From Antedon mediterranea (Eukaryota; Animalia; Echinodermata), in assembly GCF_964355755.1 (NCBI RefSeq), contig NC_092670.1, positions 20,818,795-20,882,794 of the forward strand: a DNA stretch of 64,000 nt. The letters run 5' to 3'. Positions 14,101-26,100 of this stretch are shown piece by piece. Position 1 is the first letter of the stretch, and each line of letters starts with the position of its first letter. Under the pieces are notes generated by a model. The model was not told where the DNA came from. It did not search any database and worked only from the letters and a program-made list of their open reading frames with translations. The position numbers and the translations under genes were made by a program.

Positions 14101-17100
14101 TATGAAACAACTGTTAAATCAAAAACAGAAGAGGATTATATCATTACTAAAGGTGACAGAAAAGAACCCGAAGCCATAAGACGAACAAGGTCACCTGAAA
14201 AGGAAAGACGTCCAATTCAACCAACAGAAAGACGTCCAGGTAGACCAGATGAACAAGACACAATTAGAGATGTTTACGAAACAACTATTACAACAACTGA
14301 CTATGTCATAACTGAAGATGACAGAAGAGAACCTGAAGCCATAAGACGAACAAGGTCACCTAAAAAGCAAAGACATCCAATTCAACCCACAGAAAGACGT
14401 TCAGGTAGACCAGATGAACAAGACACAATTAGAGATGTTTACGAAACAACTGTTACAACAACTGACTATGTCATAACTGAAGATGACAGAAGAGAACCTG
14501 AAGACATAAGACGAACAAGGTCCCCTGAAAAGCAAAGACGTCAAACTCAACCAGCAGAAAGACGTCCAGGTAAACCAGATGAACAAGACACAATTAGAGA
14601 TGTTTATGAAACAACTGTTAAATCAAAAACAGAAGAGGATTATATCATTACTAAAGGTGACAGAAAAGAACCCGAAGCCATAAGACGAGCAAGGTCACCT
14701 GAAAAGCAAAGACGTCCAATTCAACCAACAGAAAGACGTCCAGGTAGACCAGATGAACAAGACACCATTAGAGATGTTTACGAAACAACTATTGCAACAA
14801 CTGACTATGTCATAACTGAAGATGACAGAAGAGAACCTGAAGCCATAAGACGAACAAGGTCACCTGAAAAGCAAAGACATCCAATTCAACCCACAGAAAG
14901 ACGTTCAGGTAGACCAGATGAACAAGACACAATTAGAGATGTTTACGAAACAACTGTTACAACAACTGACTATTTCATAACTGAAGATGACAGAAGAGAA
15001 CCTGAAGACGTAAGACGAACAAGGTCCCCTGAAAAGCAAAGACGTCAAATTCAACCAGCAGAAAGACGTCCAGGTAAACCAGATGAACAATACACAACTG
15101 AAGATGTTTACGAAACAACTGTTACAACTGACTATGTCATAACTGAAGATGACAGAAGAGAACATGGAGACATAAGACGGACAGGGTCACCTGAAAGGCA
15201 AAGACGTCCAACAGAAAGGCGTCCAGGTAGACCAGATATACAAGACACAACTAAAGATGTTTACGAAACAACTGTTACAACAAGAACAGAAGATGATTAT
15301 ATCATTACTAAAGGTGACGGAAAAGAACCCGAAGCCATAAGACGAACAAGGTCACCTGAAAAGCAAAGACGTCCAATTCAACCAACAGAAAAACGTCCAG
15401 GTAGACCAGATGAACAAGACACAATTAGAGATGTTTACGAAACAACTGTTACAACTAAAACAGAAGAGGATTATATTACTACTAAAGGTGACAGAAAAGA
15501 ACATGAAGACATAAGACGAACAAGGTCACCTGAAAAGCAAAGACGTTCAATTCAACCAACAGACAGACGTTCAGTTAGACCAGATGAACAAGACACAATT
15601 AGAGATGTTTACGAAACAACTGTTACAACAACTGACTATGTCATAACTGAAGATGACAGAAGAGAACCTGAATACATCAGACGAACAAGGTCACCTGATA
15701 AGCAAAGTAGTCCAATTCAACCAACAGAAAGACGTCCAGGTAGACCAGATGAACAAGACACAAATAGAAATGTTTACGAAACAACTGTTACAACAATAAC
15801 AGAAGAGGATTATATTATAACTGAAGATGACAGAAGAGAACCTAAAGACATAAGACGAACAAGGTCACCTGAAAAGCAAACACGTCCAATTCAACCAACA
15901 GAAAGACGTCCAGGTAGACCAGATGAACAAGACACAATTAGGGATGTTTACGAAACAACTGTTACAACAAAAACAGAAGAGGATTATATCATTACTAAAG
16001 GTGACAGAAAAGAGCCCGAAGCCATAAGACGAACAATGTCACCTGAAAAGCAAAGACGCCCAATTCAACCAACAGAAAGACGTTCAGGTAGACCAGATGA
16101 ACAAGACACAACTAGAGATGTTTATGGATCAACTTTTACAACAACTGACTATGTCATAACTGAAGATGACAGAAGAGAACCTGGAGACATAAGACGAACA
16201 AGGTTACCTCAAAAGCAAAGACGTCCAATTCAACCAACAGAAAGACGCCCTGGTAGACCAGATGAACAAGAAACAATAAGAGATGTTTATGAAACAACTG
16301 TTACAGCAACAACAACTGATTATGTAATTACTGAAGATGACAGACGAGAACCCAAAGACACAAGACGAACAAGGTCACCTGAAAAGCAAAGACGTCGAAT
16401 TCAACAAACAGAAAGACGTCCAGGTAGACCAGATGAACAAGACATAATTCGAGATGTTTACGAAAAAACTGTAACAACAAAAACAGAAGAGGATTATATT
16501 ACTACTAAAGGTGACAGAAAAGAACCTGGAGACATAAGACGAACAAGGTCACCTGAAAAGCAAAGACGTCCAATTCAACCAACAGACAGACGTTCAGTTA
16601 GACCAGATGAACAAGACACAATTAGAGATGTTTACGAAACAACTATTACAACAACTGACTATGTCATAACTGAAGATGACAGAAGAGAACCTGAATACAT
16701 CAGACGAACAAGGTCACCTGATAAGCAAAGTAGTCCAATTCAACCAACAGAAAGACGTCCAGGTAGACCAGATGAACAAGACACAAATAGAAATGTTTAC
16801 GAAACAACTGTTACAACAATAACAGAAGAGGATTATATTATAACTGAAGATGACAGAAGAGAACCTAAAGACATAAGACGAACAAGGTCACCTGAAAAGC
16901 AAACACGTCCAATTCAACCAACAGAAAGACGTCCAGGTAGACCAGATGAACAAGACACAATTAGGGATGTTTACGAAACAACTGTTACAACAAAAACAGA
17001 AGAGGATTATATCATTACTAAAGGTGACAGAAAAGAGCCCGAAGCCATAAGACGAACAATGTCACCTGAAAAGCAAAGACGCCCAATTCAACCAACAGAA

Positions 17101-20100
17101 AGACGTTCAGGTAGACCAGATGAACAAGACACAACTAGAGATGTTTATGGATCAACTTTTACAACAACTGACTATGTCATAACTGAAGATGACAGAAGAG
17201 AACCTGGAGACATAAGACGAACAAGGTTACCTCAAAAGCAAAGACGTCCAATTCAACCAACAGAAAGACGCCCTGGTAGACCAGATGAACAAGAAACAAT
17301 AAGAGATGTTTATGAAACAACTGTTACAGCAACAACAACTGATTATGTAATTACTGAAGATGACAGACGAGAACCCAAAGACACAAGACGAACAAGGTCA
17401 CCTGAAAAGCAAAGACGTCGAATTCAACAAACAGAAAGACGTCCAGGTAGACCAGATGAACAAGACATAATTCGAGATGTTTACGAAAAAACTGTAACAA
17501 CAAAAACAGAAGAGGATTATATTACTACTAAAGGTGACAGAAAAGAACCTGGAGACATAAGACGAACAAGGTCACCTGAAAAGCAAAGACGTCCAATTCA
17601 ACCAACAGACAGACGTTCAGTTAGACCAGATGAACAAGACACAATTAGAGATGTTTACGAAACAACTGTTACAACAACTGACTATGTCATAACTGAAGAT
17701 GACAGAAGAGAACCTAAATACATCAGACGAACAAGGTCACCTGAAAAGCAAAGACGTCCAATTCAACCAACAGAAAGACGTCCAGGTAGACCAGATGAAC
17801 AAGACACAATTAGAGATGTTTATGAAAAAACTGTTAAATCAAAAACAGAAGAGGATTATATCATTACTAAAGGTGACAGAAAAGAACCCGAAGCCATAAG
17901 ACGAACAAGGTCACCTGAAAAGCAAAGACGTCCAATTCAACCAACAGAAAGACGTCCAGGTAGACCAGATGAACAAGACACAATTAGAGATGTTTACGAA
18001 ACAACTATTACAACAACTGACTATGTCATAACTGAAGATGACAGAAGAGAACCTGAAGCCATAAGACGAACAAGGTCACCTGAAAAGCAAAGACATCCAA
18101 TTCAACCCACAGAAAGACGTTCAGGTAGACCAGATGAACAAGACACAATTAGAGATGTTTACGAAACAACTGTTACAACAACTGACTATGTCATAACTGA
18201 AGATGACAGAAGAAAACCTGAAGACATAAGACGAACAAGGTTACCTCAAAAGCAGAGACGTCCAATTCAACAAACAGAAAGACGCCCGGGTAGACCAGAT
18301 GAACAAGACACAATTAGAGATGTTTACGAAACAACTGTTACAACTGATTATGTCATAACTGAAGATGACAGAAGAGAACCTGAATACATAAGACGAACAT
18401 GGTCACCTGAAACGAAAAGGCGTCCAACTCAACCAACAGAAAGACGTCCAGGTAGACCAGATGAACAAGACACAATTAGAGAAAGTTACGAAGCAACTGT
18501 TACAACTGACTATGTCATAACTGAAGATGACAGACGAGAACCTGAAGACACAAGACGAACAAGGTCACACGAAAAGCAAATACGTCCAACTCAACAAACA
18601 GAAAGACGTCGTGGTAGACCAGATGAACAAGACACAATTAGAGATGCTTACGAAACAACTGATTATGTCATTACTGAAGATGACAGACAAGAACCCGAAG
18701 ACACAAGACGAAAAAGGTCACCTGAAAAGCAAAGGCGTCCAATTCAACCAACAGAAAGACGTCTTGGTAGACCAGATGAACAAGAAACAATTAGAGATGT
18801 TTTTGAAACAACTGTTACAGCAACAACAACTGATTATTTCATTACTGACGATGACAGACGAGAACCCGAAGACACAAGACGAACAAGGTCACCTGAAAAG
18901 CAAAGACGCCCAACTCAACAAACAGAAAGACGTCCAGGTAGACCAGATGAACAAGACATAATTAGAGATGTTTACGAAAAAACTGTAACAACTGATTATG
19001 TCATAACTGAAGATGACAGACGAGAACCCGAAGACACAAGACGAACAAGGTCACCTGAAAAGCAAAGACGTCCATCTCAACAAACAGAAAGACGTCCAGG
19101 TAGAACAGATGAACAAGACATAATTAGAGATGTTGACGAAAAAACTGTAACAAATGATTATGTCATAACTGAAGATGACAGACGAGAACCCGAAGACACA
19201 AGGCGAACAAGGTCACCTAAAAGGAAAAGACGTCCTATTCAACCAACAGATAGACGTCAAGGTAGACAAGATGAACAAGACACAATTAGGGATGTTTACG
19301 AAACAACTGTTACAACAACTGATTATATCATTACTGAAGATGGCAGGAGAGAACCTGAAGACATAAGACGAACAAGGTCACCTGAAAGGCAAATACGTCC
19401 AACAGAAAGGCGTCCTGCTGTACCAGATGAACAAGACATAATTAGAGATGTTTACGAAACAATTGTTACAAGAACAGAAGAGGATTATATCATTACTAAA
19501 GGAGACAGAAAAGAACCCGAAGCAATAAGACAACCAAGGTCACCTGAAAAACAAAGACGTCCAATTCAACCAACAGAAAGACGTCCAGGTATACCAGATG
19601 AACAAGACACAATTAGAGATGTTTACGAAACAACTGTAACAACAACTGATTACGTCATAACTGAAGATGGCAGAAAAGAACCTAAAGACATAAGACGAAC
19701 AAGGTCACCTGAAAAGCAGTGGGGTCCGCTTCAACCAACAGATAGACGTCCAGGTAGACCAGATGAACAAGACATAACCAAAGATGTTTATGAAACAACT
19801 GTTACAACAACTGATTATGTCATAACTGAAGATGACAAAAGAGAACCTGAATACATAAGACGAACAAGGTCACCTGAAAAGCAAAGGCGTCCACATCAAC
19901 CAACAGAAAGACGTCCTGGTAGACCAGATGAGCAAGACATAACCAGAGATGTTTATGAAACTGTTACAACAACTGATTTTGTCATTACTGAAGATGACAG
20001 ACGAGAACCTGAAGACAGAAGACGAAAAAAGTCACCTGAAAAGCAAAGGCGTCCAATTCAACCAATACAAAGACGTCCATTTAGACCAGAAGAGCAAGAA

Positions 20101-23100
20101 ACAACTAGGGACAGTTACGAAACAACTGTTACAACAACTGATTATGTCATTACTGAAGATGATAGAAGAGAACCCAAAGACATAAGACGAACAAGGTCAC
20201 CAGAAAAGCAACGACGTTCAACAAAACCAGTAGACAGCAACTTTACTGGAAAAAACAAAAACACAATAAATGAACAATATTCTGATGGCGGAACGAAGCG
20301 CGATTCCAAAACCGAGTTTGGCAGTATTGACCATCCATTTAAATCCCAATATTTTCCTAAAAGAAATGATCGCAGAGACAGTCTTACTAGATTGGGATAC
20401 ACTAAAAGGTTCTCAGATACAACTCAACCATTTACCAGTGACATTGATAGCATTTCTGAAATAGAAGGGCTGCAACTGGAACCACAATTTGTGAAGAAAG
20501 ATGTCGTTCCACTACAAAGAACACTCGACAAGATACTTTTAGAACCAGAAAATATTCTTCAAGAGAATGAGTTAACACAAAGGAATGTTTTACAAGAACT
20601 TGACAAGGAAGTTTTAGAAATTATTTCTGAACGGGGGACGACGACAAAGACAGGTATTATTGCCATACAAGGAACAGACATTGTAGATAAACTAAGAGAA
20701 ATAAAACTAAATGAGCGAAGCTCACAACAAAAAAATCCTAGTAAGTTTGACAGCAAAAAACTTAAGTTCATGATTTTAGATGTTGGTGATAAATTAACAA
20801 CGCTTGAAAGACATTTTGACGAAGCAAGTGGTTTGAAAGCTATTCCACTTGACAGACCATTTGAGGCTTATATAGTGAATGTTGATGGCAGCCTTGTAGT
20901 CAGTCAGCCATTTGTATTCAGTTATGACAGAGATACAGCAACATATCGTAGACTGTCAATAAAACAACCAGTAAAGTATTATGAAGAAGGAGAGAAAATG
21001 AAAGAGACTGGATACACATATCGTAAAGAACAATTAGATGAGTTTTTAGTTCAAGTAGGAAAAGATAAAATAAGAAAGTGTCCTATTAAAATTGTAGAAA
21101 ATGATGACCCTGCTGCAAAATATATGTACGATATTGATCAAATAAAACTAATCATTCCGCATCCAGGAGATGATAGGTATGATATCAAATACATGAAACG
21201 ATATCAAGAAGAACCATGGTATATTGATCCCTATCCCATAAATGAAGATTTTATAGAGGCTATTGTGGTAAGACGGGATGGGACTCCAGAAACAGTCCAC
21301 TTACTGAAATACGAAAGTAAGAATACTTATTCAATAGTGATGTCAACTTCCGATCAAAATGAACTTGAGAGTGCAATAATAGCCAGCGAAAGTAATACCA
21401 AAATGCCTTCTCAAACAATTGAAATACCTTCAAGCCAACAACTTGAATCACCGATAGATAATGATAGCAGCACAGACACTGATATTTCATACGTAATTAA
21501 AACTATTGAGAAAATCGAAGAATCTGAACGAGAGTTGAAAGACGAACAAATAGTTGATGATGAGTCAACTCAAAGACGACGACAAGATATTATAGAAACA
21601 ACTACTACCACTACTACTGATGAAAGAATACGAGAACCTGTTGTACAAAGGTATGGTGATAGGAAATATGTTGTTGAAAGACGTGAAGAGTCACCGCAAA
21701 GACCAAGACAAGATATCATGGAAACAACTACTACCACTACTGCTGATGAAAGAACACGAGAACCTGTTGTACAAAGGTATGGTGATAGGAAATATGTAGT
21801 TGAAAGACGTGAAGAGTCACCTCAAAGACCAAGACAACAAGAAATCATAGAAACAACTACTACAACAACTACTACTGATGAAATCCCACAAAAACCTGCT
21901 GTTAAAAGACCAAGTAGTGAAAAGATAAGAACCTATGTAGTAGAGAGGCGTGACGAATCCCCTCAAAGACCAAGACAACAAGATATCATAGAAACAACTA
22001 CAACCACTACTACTGATCAAAGAACACGAGAACCTGTTGTACAAAGGTATGGTGATAGGAAATCTGTAGTTGAAAGACGTGAAGAGTCACCTCAAAGAAG
22101 ACCAAGACAAGATATTATAGAAACTACAACCACCACTACTGATGAAAGAACACGAGAACCTGCTGTAAAAAGACCAAGTAGTGAAAAGATAAGAACCTAT
22201 GTAGTAGAGAGGCGTGAAGAATCCCCTCAAAGACCAAGACAACAAGATATCACAGAAACAACTACAACCACTACTACTGATCAAAGAACACGAGAACCTG
22301 TTGTACAAAGGTATGGTGATAGGAAATCTGTAGTTCAAAGACGTGAAGAGTCACCTCAAAGAAGACCAAGACAAGATATTATAGAAACAACTACAACCAC
22401 CACTACTGATGAAAGAACACGAGAACCTGATGTAAAAAGGTATGGTGATAGGAAATATGTTGTTGAGAGACGTGAAGAGTCACCACAAAGACCAAGACAA
22501 CAAGAAATCATAGAAACAACTACTACCACTACTACTGATCAAAGAACACCAGAACCTGCTGTAAAAAGACCAAGTAGTGAAAAGATAAGAACCTATGTAG
22601 TAGAGAGGCGTGAAGAATCCCCTCAAAGACCAAGACAACAAGATATCATAGAAACAACTACAACCACTACTACTGATGAAAGAACACGAGAACCTTCTGT
22701 ACAGAGGTATGGTGATAGGAAATCTGTAGTTGAAAGACGTGAAGAGTCACCTCAAAGACCAAGACAAGATATCATAGAAACAACTACTACAACCAATACT
22801 ACTGATGAAAGAACACGAGAACCTGCTGTAAAAAGACCAAGTAGTGAAAAGATAAGAACCTATGTAGTAGAGAGGCGTGAAGAATCCCCTCAAAGACCAA
22901 GACAACAAGATATCATAGAAACAACTACAACCACTACTACTGATGAAAGAACACGAGAACCTGCTGTACAAAGGTATGGTGATAGGAAATCTGTAGTTGA
23001 ACGACGTGAAGAGTCACCTCAAAGACCAAGACAAGACATTATAGAAACAACTACTACAACCACTACTACTGATCAAAGAACACGAGAACCTGTTGTAAAG

Positions 23101-26100
23101 AGACCAAGTAGTGAAAAAATAAGAACATATGTAGTAGAGAGGCGTGAAGAATCACCTCAAAGACCAAGCCAACAAGAAATCATGGAAACAACTATTACCA
23201 CTACTACTGATCAAAGAACACGAGAACCTGTTGTACAAAGGTATGGTGATAGGAAATCTGTAGTTGAAAGACGTGAAGAGTCACCTCAAAAAAGACCAAG
23301 ACAAGATATTATTGAAACAACTACAACCACCACTACTGATGAAAGAACACGAGAACCTGCTGTACAAAGGTATGGTAATAGGAAACATGTTGTTGAGAGA
23401 CGTGAAGAGTCACCGCAAAGACCAAGACAACAAGATATCATAGAAACAACTACTACCACTACTACTGATGACATAACACGAGAACCTGTTGTACAAAGGT
23501 ATGGTGATAGGAAATATGTTGTCGAAAGACGTGAAGAGTCACCGCAAAGACCAAGACAAGATATCATAGAAACAACTACTACCACCACTACTGATGAAAG
23601 AACACGAGAACCTGTTGTACAAAGGTATGGTGATAGGAAATATGTCGTTGAGAGACGTGAAGAGTCACCGCAAAGACCAAGACAACCAGAAATCATAGAA
23701 ACAACTACTACCACTACTACTGATCAAAGAACACAAGAACCTGCTGTAAAAAGACCAAGTAGTGAAAAGATAAGAACCTATGTAGTAGAGAGGCGTGAAG
23801 AATCCCCTCAAAGACCAAGACAACAAGATATCATAGAAACAACTACAACCACTACTACTGATGAAAGAACACGAGAACCTGCTGTACAAAGGTATGGTGA
23901 TAGGAAATCTGTAGTTGAACGACGTGAAGAGTCACCTCAAAGACCAAGACAAGACATTATAGAAACAACTACTACAACCACTACTACTGATCAAAGAACA
24001 CGAGAACCTGTTGTAAAGAGACCAAGTAGTGAAAAAATAAGAACATATGTAGTAGAGAGGCGTGAAGAATCACCTCAAAGACCAAGCCAACAAGAAATCA
24101 TGGAAACAACTATTACCACTACTACTGATCAAAGAACACGAGAACCTGTTGTACAAAGGTATGGTGATAAGAAATCTGTAGTTGAAAGACGTGAAAAGTC
24201 ACCTCAAAAAAGACCAAGACAAGATATTATTGAAACAACTACAACCACCACTACTGATGAAAGAACACGAGAACCTGCTGTACAAAGGTATGGTAATAGG
24301 AAACATGTTGTTGAGAGACGTGAAGAGTCACCGCAAAGACCAAGACAACAAGAAATCATAGAAACAACTACTACCACTACTACTGATCAAAGAACACAAG
24401 AACCTGTTGTACAAAGGTATGGTGATAGGAAATATGTAGTTGAAAGACGTGAAGAGTCACCACAAAGACCAAGACAAGATAATATAGAAACAACTACTAC
24501 CACTACTACTGATGAAAGAACACGAGAACCTGCTCTACAAAGGTATGGTGATAGGAAATATGTTGTTGAAAGACGTGAAAAGTCACCACAAAGACCAAGA
24601 CAACAAGAAATCATAGAAACAACTACTACGACTACTACTGATCAAAGAACACAAGAACCTGCTGTAAAAAGACCAAGTAGTAAAAAGATAAGAACCTATG
24701 TAGTAGAGAGGCGTGAAGAATCCCCTCAAAGACCAACACAACAAGATATCATAGGAACAACTACAACCACTACTACTGATGAAAGAACACAAGAACCTGT
24801 TGTGCAAAGGTATGGTGATAGGAAATATGTTGTTGAAAGACGTGAAGAGTCACCTCAAAGACCAAGACAACAAGAAATCATAGAAACAACTACAACCACT
24901 ACTACTGATGAAATAACACAACAACCTGCTGTACAAAGGTATGGTGATAGGAAATATGTTGTTGAAAGACGTGAAGAGTCACCTCAAAGACCAAGACAAC
25001 AAGAAATCATAGAAACAACTACTACAACCACTACTGATGAAATAACACGAGAACCTGTTATACAAAGGTATGGTGATAGGAAATATATTGTTGAAAGACG
25101 TGAAGAGTCACCTCAAAGACCAAGACAACAAGAAATCATAGAAACAACTACAACCACTACTACTGATGAAATAACACAACAACCTGCTGTACAAAGGTAT
25201 GGTGATAGGAAATATGTTGTTGAAAGACGTGAAAAGTCACCGCAAAGACCAAGACAACAAGAAATCATAGAAACAACTACTACAACGACTACTGATGAAA
25301 TAACACGAGAACCTGTTATACAAAGGTATGGTGATAGGAAATATGTTGTTGAACGACGTGAAGAGTCACCTCAAAGACCAAGACAACAAGAAATCATAGA
25401 AACAACTACAACCACTACTACTGATGAAATAACACAACAACCTGCTGTACAAAGGTATGGTGATAGGAAATATGTTGTTGAAAGACGTGAAAAGTCACCG
25501 CAAAGACCAAGACAACAAGAAATCATAGAAACAACTACTACAACGACTACTGATGAAATAACACGAGAACCTGTTATACAAAGGTATGGTGATAGGAAAT
25601 ATGTTGTTGAACGACGTGAAGAGTCACCGCAAAGACCAGGAAAGGAAATCATAGAAACAACTACAACCACTACTACTGATGAAATAACACAACAACCTGC
25701 TGTACAAAGGTATGGTGATAGGAAATATGTTGTTGAAAGACGTGAAAAGTCACCGCAAAGACCAAGACAACAAGAAATCATAGAAACAACTACTACAACC
25801 ACTACTGATGAAATAACACGAGAACCTGCTGTACAAAGGTATGGTGATAGGAAATATGTTGTTGAAAGACATGAAGAGTCACCTCAAAGACCAAGACAAG
25901 ATATCATAGAAACAACTACTACAACCACTACTACTGACGAAAGAACACAAGAACCTGCTGTAAAAAGACCAGGTAGTGAAAAGATAAGAACCTATGTAGT
26001 AGAGAGGCGTGAAGAATCCCCTCAAAGACCAAGACAACAAGATATCATAGAAACAACTACTACCACTACTACTGATGACATAACACGAGAACCTGTTGTA

